The notes beneath the pieces were generated by a model. That model was given only the letters and a program-made list of their open reading frames with translations. It was not told where the DNA came from and made no database searches. Shown piece by piece: positions 1 to 12,190 of a DNA stretch of 64,000 nt. Each line of letters starts with the position of its first letter. Position 1 is the stretch's first letter. Position numbers and translations under genes: made by a program. This stretch comes from Octopus sinensis (taxonomy: Eukaryota): contig NC_043001.1 of NCBI RefSeq assembly GCF_006345805.1, positions 18,166,001-18,230,000 on the forward strand. Direction: 5' to 3'.

Positions 1-190
1 CTGATTCCACTTTGGTAGTTTAGCTATTGTTATTATTATTATTTTTGTCTGTTGTAATTTTATTGTAATATCTTAAATATAAAATATACACCCACTCTTC
101 GCTGTTTATATTTTCTATGCACCCTAAAAATTCAACATATATATATATATATACACCCTAAAAATTCAATATATATATATATATATATAT

Positions 191-420
191 AAGGATAAGA
201 TCGTTAATTTAAAAATAAAATGACGATTTTATCAAGTGGTCAGCATGGAAAAAATAACCTTCAAAGGAAATAATTATTAAAATTATAAATTAGGGTATCT
301 ATGAGATACCACCATGCTGAAAATAGCAGCCATGATCTGACTCTAAAAGAGAGTCAGATCGTGGCTGTTGGCTGTTATTTTCAGCATGGTGGTATCTCGT
401 AGATACCCTAATTTATAATT
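191..420. mobile_element. (TA)n-embedded hairpin repeat (about 65 bp inverted arms, 281-344 and 350-420); second copy at about 34437-34738
   Basis: Near-perfect inverted repeat flanked by (TA)n on both sides, and a closely similar interspersed copy 34 kb away. Confidence 0.65.
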
Positions 421-458
<38 letters not shown>

Positions 459-891
459 CCTTGACTGTATGTGTATACATACACACACATCCTTGTGTTC
501 CCTATCATGTGTGTTGTTTCAATAAGGATGACTTGGCTGTTATTTCTAGCCAATTGAGTGACCACATAGGAGCTTCTTCCCTCTATTTGTTCAACTTTGT
601 ATCAAGCATATCAAAAGTTTAACGGTCTTGTGCGAGATAATACATCGCTTGCAGGGAACTTGCTGATTTGTCAGCCAGGGATGTGGAGTTACTATGGCAA
701 CGGGAATGGAAAGGATTTTTTTTTTTTTTTTTTTTTCAGGAATAAAAAAAGAAGCATGTTGCTAAGGCTTCCTCCATCAGCTGCTTCTGCATCCATTTCT
801 AAGTCCTAACTACCTCTCTAGTACCATAATTCTTCCACTGCAACCAGTTACTTGTAAACTGAGAAACCTTACACTTATATAAATATATATA

Positions 892-956
<65 letters not shown>

Positions 957-1729
957 TCTAATTGTCATCATTGATAATATAATCTTCTTCGTCATCTTTA
1001 CCATTATCACTATCATCATCATCATTATTATTATTATATTATTATTATTATTATAACTGCCAGTCTCCGCTTCGTCTTCATATAGCTGTCATTATGACGA
1101 CTATCGTTATTACCCTTGTTATTATCATAGCTGGCATCAATTATGACCATCATCGTGGAGCTACCTACAGCCCCTATATCAGTTAACAAATGGCTGTGTT
1201 ATCTTAACAGTTCATCTATTAAAACCTATTAATACAACCATTATTGCTGCCGATATTCTAGGCTCTTTTATTCCTGCTGCTGTTGTTGTTGTTGTTGTTG
1301 TTTAGTGCTAAATTGGATCATGCAGATATACTATATTGTCTTTTAGTTTCAGGAATAATGTACCCTGAGCTGCATTATCCAATATGCCTTTCCTTCTTTG
1401 AGGTGAAAGGGTGTGCTCTGAGGATGACTTGGCTGTTGTTTCTAGCCAATTAAGTGACCACATAGGAGCTTTTCCCCTCTATAGCTACTTTTTACTTGGG
1501 TAGGAGGGAGAAATAGGATAAAACCTGATTGCTGTAATGGATGTGAGTTTGCGATATTGTGAGCATGCACAAATGAAATGCAACACAATAGCTATAACAA
1601 AGAACGGAATCTGGTTCGCAGGCAATCTTCCAGAACTTACTGGTACCCTTTGGCAGTTTTTGACATAATTTTCATGTATTTGTAACAGCCAAACTTTAAG
1701 AATTATTACTAGTGTTTAATAACCTTTTG

Positions 1730-1940
1730 TACTCTAGGCACAGGGCCTGAAATTTTGTGGGAGGGAGACAGTCAATTAGATCTACCCCAGTATGCAATTG
1801 GTACTTAATATATCGACCCCTGAAAGGATGAAAGGCTCAGTTGACTGTGGTAGAATCTGAACTCAGAACGCAAAGACAGACGAAATACTGCTAAGCATTT
1901 CACCCAGCGTACTAACATTTCTACCAGCTCACCGCCTTAT
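1730..1940 (-). mobile_element. SINE family 2 (head GGCGGCGAGCTGGCAGAAACGTTAGCACG...GAGTTCAAATTCC). Other copies at about 2075-2280, 5940-6150, 8430-8850, 13725-14210, 31292-31530, 42442-42675, 48110-48345, 50275-50450, 63765-63970
   Basis: More than 10 dispersed copies of about 230 bp in both orientations, with a Pol III B-box-like GAGTTCAAATTCC. Confidence 0.75.
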
Positions 1941-2294
1941 TATTACTACTACTAATAATAATAATAATAATAGACTGGAGTCAGATACAGTTCCTTAGCT
2001 TGCTAGCCCTGGTAAAACCGTCCAACCCATACCAGCATGGACAAAAAAAGGTTAAATGATGATGATGATTTCAAATTTTTGCACACAGTCAGCAGATTCA
2101 GGGGTGGGGGTAAGTCGATTTCATCGACACCCCACCCCAGCGTTCAAACTTATTTTGTCAACCCATAGTGGATGAAGGGTAAAGTCAACCTTGGTGGAAT
2201 TTGAACTCAGAATGTAAAGATGGACAAAAAGCCACTAAGTATTTTGCCCAGCATACTAACGATTCTACCAGTTCACCACACTACTACTACTAAT

Positions 2295-2820
2295 CATCAT
2301 CATCATTGTTTAACATCCGCTTTCCATGCTGGCATGGGTTGGACGATTTGACTGAGGACTAGCGAACCAGGCTCCAGTCTGATCTGGCAGAGTTTCTACA
2401 GTTTGATGCCCTTCCTAATGCCAACCACTCCGAGAGTGTAGTGGGTGCTTTTATGTGCCACCGGGCACAGGGCCAGTCAGGCGGTACTGGCAACAACCTT
2501 GCTCGAATCTTTTACACATGCCACCAGCACAGGTGCCAGTAAGGCGATGCTGGTAACGATCACACTCGGATGGTGTCTTTTACGTGCCACCAGCACGGAG
2601 GCCAGATAGCCACTCTGGCAACGATCACACTCGGATGGTGCTCTTAATACCCTACTAGCACAGGGCTCAAGTACCAGTAATGCGACGCTAGTAACGAACA
2701 CGCTCGAATGGTGCCTTTTAAGTGTCACTGGCACGGAAGCCGGTTAGCCACTCTGTCAATGATCACACTCGTATGGTGCTCTTTGCACCCCGCTAGCACG
2801 GACGCCAGTCATCAAATTTG
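2295..2820 (-). mobile_element. Repeat family 3: (GAT)n-tailed retroposon/SINE with internal tandem units of about 55-60 bp. Other copies at about 4675-5020, 6805-7295, 12478-12700, 18413-18720, 19350-19735, 20705-20845, 21280-21495, 24795-25015, 26080-26505, 31545-31683, 32900-33285, 37725-38025, 39935-40280, 42960-43320, 44125-44450, 47375-47635, 49795-50165, 50500-50895, 54770-55230, 60085-60510, 60628-61120, 61360-61535
   Basis: Shared core GGTTGGCGTTAGGAAGGGCATCCAGCTGTAGAAA and 3' end CCATGCTAGCATGGAAAGCGGACGTTAAACGATGATGATG in more than 20 copies; the opposite end is variable and truncated. Confidence 0.8.
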
Positions 2821-3512
2821 ATTTTAATTTTGATTTTGATTTGATTATAGCAATATTATAGCAATGTATATCAGCACTGATCATTGCTGTCACTACACAG
2901 TAATTAAAAGCCATAATAATTTTCAACGACTTAAATCATTACTGTGTATTGCTGCTACAGGTGTGTGTGTGCACATGTATTAGAAATGGAATGTCCCATT
3001 AGTTAAGTAGTCCTTATCATTGAATTATGATTTAAAATTTGATAAATTTATGGAACACAATGCAAATTGTGTGTGTGTGTGCACTTATGCATTTGGAGTG
3101 TCCTGCAAGCTAGGCGGTAATTAACATTTGAACAATAATTTAATATCTGATAAATTCATGGAACATAGTGCAAGTGTGTGTATATATGTATTCAGCCTGT
3201 CCCATGAGTAAGGCAGTACTTTGCAGTGAACTGTGGGTGTATAATCTGATAAATCTATATGACACAGTGCAAGTGTGTGTGTGTGTGTGTGCATGTGTTT
3301 GTGTTAGTGTGTGCAGTTGCAAGACGGTTTGCATTGACTTCCACAAGTAATACATGTTCCTACATGTCCAAATAGAATAAAGGTTTTCATTTAGACCCCC
3401 TTACTGCATACTCTCGACTGCACAACTCTCAACCATCAAAATTGCAATTAAGATATTGCTTTTCTTTTTTTTTTTTTTTTTTTTTTTTTTAGATTACTTA
3501 GATTACTTTATA

Positions 3513-3905
3513 GGCGCAGGAGTAGCTGTGTGGTAAGTAGTTTGCATACCAACCACATGGTTCTGGGTTCAGCCCCACTGCGTGGCACCTTGGGCAAGTG
3601 TCTTCTACTATAGACTCGGACTGACTAATGCTTTGTGAGTGGATTTGGTAGACGGAAACTATAAGAAACCCGTCGTATATATGTATGTGTGTATATATAT
3701 ATGTGTGTATATGTATGTATGTGTATATGTTTGTGTGTCTGTGTTTGTCTCCCAACATCTCTTGACAACCGATGCTGGTGTGTTTACGTCCCCGTAACTT
3801 AGCGGTACTAGGCTTACAAATAATAAGTCCTGGGGTCGATTTGCTCAACTACAGGTGGTACTCCAGCATGGCCACAGTCAAATGACTGTAACAAGTAAAA
3901 GAGTA
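3513..3905 (+). mobile_element. SINE family 1 (tRNA-like head GGCGCAGGAGTGGCTGTGTGGTAAG...GGTTCAGTCCC, internal (TA)/(TG) tract). Other copies at about 6260-6610, 10055-10910 (cluster), 14565-14960, 17075-17450, 23578-23955, 24220-24590, 27652-27790, 30750-31150, 34036-34365, 38570-38795, 45280-45665, 48800-49120, 52375-52760, 61920-62565
   Basis: About 390 bp unit repeated more than 15 times in both orientations, with A-box-like TGGCTGTGTGG and B-box-like GGTTCAGTCCC. Confidence 0.8.
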
Positions 3906-4269
3906 AAAAAAGAGTACTTAAGGAACTCTATGTATACATGTGTGTATATGTATCATCATTGTCCTTTTAAGATTCAGTTTTCCCTGCTTTCGTTGGTCAG
4001 AGAGTTTTTATTGAGGCAGATTTTCCTATTGCCAACCCTCATCTGGCTCCATGACCAGACACCAGTGGCTGGTGTTTAGGAAGGGCATCCAACTGTAAAA
4101 CCCCTGCCAAAACAGACACAGTAGCCTAGGGTAGTTTTTCTACTAGGCCGGGTCCTATCAGCGATCCTCCCCATTCATGCATGGAAGATGAATGTTAAAT
4201 GATGATGATGATGATAGTATTACCTCTCTTTATGAGGACCTGCTTTATGAGACCCCAGATTTACGAGTT

Positions 4270-4520
4270 TTATTTTTCAAGCACAAGATCCAAATTTTGA
4301 ATGAAGTGCAAGAGTTTCTACTACCATAACAAATGCTTCTGTGTGTTGCCAAGATATTTATAGAGAGCGAAAAAAAAAAAAGCTACTTCTAAGCAAACAA
4401 CTCTAGACTGGTTTTTTAAAGAGAAATCTACAAGTCTGTCTGCAAGTGCTTGTGAATTAGCAATCGTATCTACAAGTGATGGTGTGTGCAAGTCTGATGT
4501 GAGCAAAAGTGATTCAGAAA
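4270..4520 (+). mobile_element. Degenerate pogo/Tigger-like transposase C-terminal remnant
   Basis: Translates to AQDPNFE*SARVSTTITNASVCCQDIYRERKKK...KQTTLDWFFKEK, the DPNFER...IYxEKK...KQTTLDxFF tail typical of Tigger transposases; contains a stop. Confidence 0.55.
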
Positions 4521-5252
4521 GTGATTATAATAGTATTTTTTTTTATAGTAAATGATCTTAACATTCTTTTTACTTTACATAAAATATTCTTTACATTCTA
4601 CTGTTGTTTTATTGCCATCTATTTACAAGTATTATAAATTTCATAGGTGAAATATTTTTCTGGGAACAAATTATGATCGCCAGCCTCGTCTGGCACCTGT
4701 GTCGGTGACACATAAGAAATCACCATCCGAGCGTAGCCGTCTGCCAGCCTCGTCTGGCACCTGTGTCGGTGGCACATAAAAAACACCATCCGAGCGTGGC
4801 CGTCTGCCAGCCTCATCTGGCACCTGTGTCGGTGGCACATAAAATCACCCACTACACTCTCGGAGTGGTTGGCGTTAGGAAGGGCATCCAGCTGTAGAAA
4901 CACTGCCAGATCTGACTGGCCTGGTGCAGCCTTCGGGCTTGCCAGACCCCAGTTGAACCGTCCAACCCATGCTAGCATGGAAAGCGGACGTTAAACGATG
5001 ATGATGATGATGATGATGATGATTGCTACTATGGGAAATTATTGCTCTGCTTTACAAATTTTCACTTTACGAGCGGCCTCTGGGAACAAATTAGCTCGTA
5101 TATCACACACACACACACACACACACACACATTTACATACAGTTTCTCCGATGTGGGGGGCATGTTAGGTTCAACAGATATCTAGGACTAGACTCTGATC
5201 TTTGACATTTCATTAGTTATATGTACTTTTTCGTGTATGAAACTTCAATTAA

Positions 5253-5471
5253 CCCTTTCGTTACCAACCCAGTCAAAACCGGCTCTGGCTCTGTAATACA
5301 AATGTCTTGTTTTCATAAGTTTTGCATCAAAATATACCACCAAACCTTAGTCGCAATTTATATTCCTAATACTAGCTTAATGATAACTAAGTTATTTTAC
5401 TAAATTCTTTGTTATATTTAAAATAATTGAAAGAAACAGAGCATTTCAAAATAAATACAGTAACGAAAGGG
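5253..5471. mobile_element. piggyBac-type MITE (TTAA TSD, CCCTTTCGTTAC TIR); second copy at 28641-28862
   Basis: TTAA|CCCTTTCGTTAC ... GTAACGAAAGGG|TTAA; the 28.6 kb copy shares the internal sequence. Confidence 0.7.
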
Positions 5472-7910
5472 TTAATGCTAGGCTGAGTCGATACATAGTA
5501 TTGTAAGAGCTAAATATTAAGAATTTAGCTCTTACAATATGTGTTGAATAATTTTTTCATTCATTAGTATGTGTGTGTTTGGAGCAAGCAGGAGAAATTA
5601 TACTCAATGCATGAACATACATATTTCATAATCGGCTGTAAAAGTTGCAAAAGTGACTCATGTCCCAAGAGTTTGAGACGTGACAGTCATGAAACTTTCC
5701 TGCCAATTTAAATGCTCATATATGCATACCCATGCATAATATTTGGCCACTCATGTTGTTCATAAATGTGTTCCGTGTATGTATGTTCAATGTGCATTCA
5801 TACATACATCTACACACAGGCCATGTGTTGGGAGCATTTGATGCTTAATAAAAAAAAAAAAAACGAATTAGGGGTTTGGGAATAATGACCACTAATTATG
5901 TATGTGCTTAATATTGGAGAATATGGCTTAATAACCTTTTCTACTCTAGACACAAGGCCTGAAATTTTGAGGGAGGGGGCCAGTCAATTAGATCGACCCC
6001 AGTATGCAACTGGTACTTAATATATCGACCCCGAATGGATGAAAGGCTAAGTTGACCGTGGTGGAATTTGAACTCAGAACGCAAAGACAGACGAAATACT
6101 GCTAAGCATTTCACCCAGTGTGCTAACATTTCTACCATCTCACTGCCTTATTATTACTACTACTAATAATAATATGACTGCTGTCATAGCCCTGTGACCT
6201 TCTTGGATATAGTTAATTATATTCACCACTAACACTAATTTTATCGTTTGTCATTTGCTCATTTCAGTCATGCTGGGGCACCACCTTGAAGGGTTTTGTC
6301 AAGCAAATCAACTCTAGTGCTTACTTTTTTTTTTAAAGTCTGGTACTTATTCTGTTGGTTTCTTTTGCAAACTGCTAAGTTATGGGGGTGTACCCCAACC
6401 CACACCAGTCGTCAGACTGTGATGAGGATAAAGATAAACACAAGGACAAGCTCACCCAGACACACACGACAGGTGTCTTTCGGTTCCCGTCTTCGAGGAT
6501 TTGGTTGATCCGAGGTTATAACAGAAGACATTTGCCAAAGGTGCTGCGGGGGGTGGAATTGAACTTGGAACCATGTGGCTGAGAAGCAAACTTCTTACTC
6601 ACTCAGCCACACCTTCACCTCCACACAAACAAGCCAACATCAAAAAAATAAGACAGAGTGGTAAGGATCTGAACCAATGTAGAGAGAGACATAACATAAT
6701 GTTCACACAATTCTCTGGATTTATTTGACTGTGTTTGCAGTATCATATCTCAGCCACTTCAGTAAAAATAAATAAATGAATAGAAATAAAATATATATAT
6801 ATATACGTGACCGATGCCAGCGCCACCTTGATTGGTTTCCATGCCAGTGAGACATAAAAAGCACCAACCGTCCTTGGCCGTTGCCAGACTCCCCTGGCAC
6901 CTGTGCCGGTGACACGTAAAAAGCACCATCCATACGTGGCCGATGCCAGCACCGCCTTGACTGGCTTCCGTGTCGGTGGCACGTAAAAAGCACCAACTGA
7001 TCGTGGCCGTTGCCAGCCTCCACTGGTACCTGTGCTGGTGGCATGTAAAAAGCACCATCCGTACATGACCGATGCCAGTGCCGCCTTAACTGGCTTCCGT
7101 GTTGGTGGCACGTAAAAACCACCAACCGATCGTGGCTATTTCCAGCCTCCCCTGGCACATAAAAAGCATCCAGCTGTAGAAACACTGCCAGACCAGACTG
7201 GAGCCTGGTGCAGCCTCCTGGCTTCACAGACCCTAGTCGAACCATCCAACCCATGCCAGCATGGAAAACGGACATTAAACGATGATGGTGATGATATGTA
7301 AAAAACAAAAAAAATAGCATTGGCATGATTGCCAATCTCCCAAATGCCAGTAATATAGACTTTCTGGCCAACTGTTGGCACATCTATTTTCATGTGATCC
7401 CTCTTTGGAAACAATTAGCTTAAGTGCTCTAGAATTTTTTTGCTTCTTTATTTCCTTTTTAATAAGCAGTAGTTGTTCGATATTGCTGCGATCACCACCA
7501 CCACCGCCACTATCAATGCTTGTAATGCCATCATCACCGACCACACCCACCGTTTCATCTAACTCATCACCTTGCCAATGGTGGTATATTATCCCTTGAT
7601 CGTATCTTCCTCACAACTTACATCTGCCACTACTCCTCTCATCACAAACACCGTCAATATTGTTATCACTGTAGCTTTACTGTTTACCATATAAACAACA
7701 GTGCTGTTATTAAACAGTTAATTGTGCGTGCAACACCACCATATAACCACTTATAATGGTGATGCTACCCTAATAACCACCACACCACTAACACAATATG
7801 CCTTTTATCTATTACTTGTTTCAGTCATTAGATTGCGACCATGCTGGGGCACTGCCTTTTAGTCAATTGAATCCGCCCCAGTTCCCATTTTTTTTAAAGC
7901 CTAGCATTTA

Positions 7911-8235
7911 CGAGGGGCGTTCAATAAGTAATGCCCTGACCCACTTCCCATAGCAGTAGAGCAACGAAACTTGGCACAGTTATTAGTCTTTTTCTACATA
8001 GGAACCACCCAGAGTTACGCATTTCTCCCATCGTTTGATGCGGCTCTGGAGACCGTTTTTGTAGAAGACCCCAGCTTGGTCCTCCAACCTCAACGTGACT
8101 TCAGAAATCAAGGCTGCATCATCTGGGAAACGCTTTCCTTTCAAAAACAACTTCATGATTGGGAAGAGGTGAAAATCAGAGGGTGCAAGGTCAGGAAAGT
8201 ATTCTGTCTGTCTTTTTTCCCAAACTACTAAGTTA
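7911..8235 (-). mobile_element. Mariner transposon 3' fragment (transposase C-terminus plus TIR)
   Basis: Minus-strand YFPDLAPSDFHLF...RIKRWEKCVTLGGSYVEKD* carries the mariner YSPDLAPSD motif; TA followed by TIR CGAGGGGCGTTCAATAAGTAA at 7909. Confidence 0.85.
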
Positions 8236-10604
8236 CAGGACTGCACTGGTTGTCAGGCGGTGATGAAGATAAACAAACAAACACACAGACACACGTATAC
8301 ATGTATTTATATACACAACGGGCTCTTTTCAGTTTCTGTCTACCAAACCTATTCACAAGGCTTTGGTCAGTCCATGGTGCTGCACTGCGGGACTGAACCC
8401 ACAACCATGTGGTTGGAAAGCAAACTTCTTATTTTTTGACTGCCCACAAGGGGCTACACACGGAAGGGACAAACAAGGACAGACAAACGGATTAAGTCGA
8501 TTATGTTGATCCCAGTGCATAACTGGTACTCAATTTATCGAACCCGAAAAAATGAAAGGCGAAGTTGACCTCGGCGGAATTTGAACGCAGAACGTAACGG
8601 CAGACGAAATACCTATTTCTTTACTATGCACAAGGGGCTAAACACAGAGGGGACAAACAAGGACAGACAAATGGATTAAGTCAATTATATCGACCCCAGT
8701 GCGTAACTGGTACTTATTTAATCGAACCCAAAAAAATGAAAGGCAAAGTTGACCTCGGTGGAATTTGAACTCAGAACGTAGCGGCAGACAAACTACCACT
8801 AAGCATTTCGCCCAGCATGCTAATGATTCTGCCAGCTCGCCGCCTTCTCACCACACAGCCACACATGTTTGCAAACCACCTAGAGAACCACTTCATTGTT
8901 TGTATAGTCTGCTAGAAATAGCACCTAAATTCCCTTCAAACTAATGCAGGCACGGGTGACTTTTACAAGAAGTGGGCTGCATGAGATATGGCTCACTATC
9001 AAGCAGGCTGCACTGCCAAAATAATTCAGGGTGATGATTTTTATTAGACATGCCGTTCAGCAAGGCTCATAGGCCATGGATTGCCCATGGTTGCTTCAGT
9101 GTCATCGTCATCATCATCATCGTTTTAGTGTCCACTTTTACATCTTTGGATAAATCAGACAAAATTTGTTGAGGCAAATTTTCTGCAGCTGGACGCTCTT
9201 TTTGTCACCGACCCTCACCATTTTCCAAGTAAAAATGGTATTGTTTTCAAATTTTGGCAACCAGGGAGCAGATAAGTCGATTACATCGCCCACAGTGCAT
9301 GACTGGTACTTATTTTATTCTCTCTCCCCCCTCACTGAAATCACTGTAGTCCTTGACAGAATATGGACGAAATGCTATTAAACGTTTTGCCCAGCATGCT
9401 AATGATTCTGCCAGCTTGCTGCCTTCGAGTAAGGTAATATTTCATCTTGGCCAGATCTGTTTCCATGGAAACGGCACTGCTTGCGTGATAGCATCTCTCA
9501 CTCACAATTATCATGTGATGTGAAAACAAGGGGATATGCACACACGCACACACACACACGTGTGTGTATTTGTATCTCCTTGTCTTCACATCAAAGAAAC
9601 CCTATACGCACACATGCATGTTTGTGTGTGTGTGTGTGTGTGTGTATAATAGGTTTCTTTCAGTTTCCATCTACCAAATCCTCTCACAAGGTTTGGGGTC
9701 AGCCTGGGGCTATATGAAAAAAGAAAAAAGAAAAGCACTTGCCCAAGATACCACAGAGTGGAACTGAACCCGAAACCATGGGGCTGGGAAGTGAACATCT
9801 GAACCACACACCCATGCTTGCGTCTAGCATCTTTAAAAAAAAACCGGAAGAATGAAGTTAATATATTTCTACATAGAGTGTATCTGAGAGAAGACAGAAT
9901 AGTCAATTACTGGATCTTAGCTCTGCTTGTTCTGTACTAGCAACCATCTAAACCAGTGATTCTCAACTAGGGTTCGTATGGCCCCTTGAGGACCTTATAA
10001 AATTTTGTTAAAATATTTTCAGTTTTTTTTTTTTTTTTTAATATGGTATTAGGGGCAGGCATAGCTGTGTGGTAAGAAGCTTGCTTCCCAACCACATGGT
10101 TCCGGGTTCAGTCCCACTGCGTGGCACCTTGGGCAAGTGTCTTCTACTATAGTCTCAGGCTAACCAAAGCCTTGTGAGTGGATTTGGTAGATGGAAACTG
10201 AAAGAAGCTCATATATATATATATATCTTTTACTTGTTTCAGTAATTTGACTGTGGCCATGCTGGAGCACTGCCTTTAGTCGAGCAAATTGACCCCAGGA
10301 CTTTGTAAGCCTAGTACTTTATCTATCGGTCTCTTTTGCTGAACCGCTAAGTTATGGGGATGTAAACACACCAGCATCAGTTGTCAAGCAATGTTGGGGG
10401 GACAAACACAGATATATACACACACACATACATATATATGACGGGCTTCTTTCAATTTCCATCTATCAAATCCACTCACAGGGCTTTGGTCAGCCCAAGG
10501 CTATAGTAGAAGACACTTGCCCATGGTTCCACGCATGGGACTGAACTCAGAACCATGTCATTGGTAAACAAGCTACATACCACAAAGCCACTCCTGCACC
10601 TATA

Positions 10605-10654
<50 letters not shown>

Positions 10655-11199
10655 TACATACATACATACATACATACATACATACATACATACATACATA
10701 AGGTGGTGCTCCAGCATGGCCGCAGTAAAATGACTGAAACATGTAAAAAAAATATGATGAGCTTCTTTCAGTTTCCATCTACTAAATCCACTCACAAGGC
10801 TTTGGTTGGCCCAAGGCTATAGTAGAAGACACTTGCCGAAGGTGCCATGCAGTGGGACTGAACCGTGAACCATGTGGTTCGTAAGCAAGCTACTTGCCAT
10901 ACCTGCGCCTCCTTATGCAGAATAGAAAGCAATTGAATGCTGGACAGCAGAGATTTGAGTTGATATTTGGCTGCTATTTTTCAGCAGGCTAAGCTGACAT
11001 AAGCAGCTCCCTTTTTAGCTCCTGGATATTCGTGTGGAAAACGGGTGGGAAGTTGTATAAGTAGGTAGGTAGAGAGATGGTTGGGTGGTGGAGTGCATCT
11101 TCAATTGCAAATTGCATTCTTAAAGACCTGTTTGCGAAAACCTCTTTACATATTGCTTGTTGCAACACAATACCTTCTACAAATGTCATTCAACACGCA

Positions 11200-11332
11200 T
11201 GCATACATATACATATATATATCTATTTATATGTGTGTGTGTGTGCACATTTATATATGTATATATGTGCCTCTACATATGTATATATGCATATATATGT
11301 ACACATGTATATATATACATACACACATATAT

Positions 11333-11363
<31 letters not shown>

Positions 11364-12190
11364 AGTATACACACACACACACACAGAGATATATATATAT
11401 ATATATATACCCACACACACACATATATATATACATACACGCATATGTGTGTGTATGTATATATATACATATGTATGTATGTATATATCCATGTATATAT
11501 GTGTGTGTGTATGTATATATAGGTATGTGTATATATATGTATATGCATATATATGTGTATGTATCTATATGTATATACATATATGGATTTCTATACACAC
11601 ACTCTTGTGCACAGTTTACATTAGAGTGGGCAAGGGGGACATTTCAAGTGACAGCAAAGCAAGCACTGAGTGTTCATAGAAAGAGAAACTATGACCAGAC
11701 ATGATGGGAAACCCACTTGCTACGTCTCTATTATTCATTCGCCTGCTGCTGCTGCTGCTATGCTGAACACATCACAGCTTTCTTTCCCTCAGCCTTTCCC
11801 TCTCTATTTCTTAATGTCACCAATTTATTTTGCTTGCATTATTTATCACTTAATGTTTATATATACACACATATATATATATATACAGGAAGAATATATA
11901 TACACATATATATATATATATACATATATTATATATACATATATATTATATATACATACATATATATATATACATATATATGTATATATATACATACATA
12001 TATATATATTATATATATATATATACATATATATATTATTATATATATACATACATATATATATTATATATATACATACATATATACATTATATATATAT
12101 ACATTATATATATATACATTATATATATATACACACACACATATATATATATACATATATATATATACACACACATATATATATATATGT
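11200..12190. repeat. Large compound (TA)n/(TG)n/(CA)n microsatellite fields (about 11200-11600 and 11860-12190)
   Basis: Directly visible; source of the Y/I/H/T ORFs in the track. Confidence 0.95.

Noticed and set aside
597-809. Strong-looking acceptor (T-run then CAG at 739) and ORF RNKKRSMLLRLPPSAASASISKS
   Set aside because: All three frames hit a stop within about 70 nt, there is no domain similarity, and it cannot be linked to exon A.
1505-1542. Possible small phase 1-1 upstream exon (GRNRIKPDCCNG) with a GTGAGT donor
   Set aside because: The acceptor is weak and nothing beyond phase compatibility supports it.
6721-7383. 100-220 aa ORFs with repeated CHRHR/FYVPP motifs (also at 4619, 43008, 49743, 60121, 60785)
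   Set aside because: They are translations of the family-3 internal tandem units, open in several frames and on both strands, so not genes.
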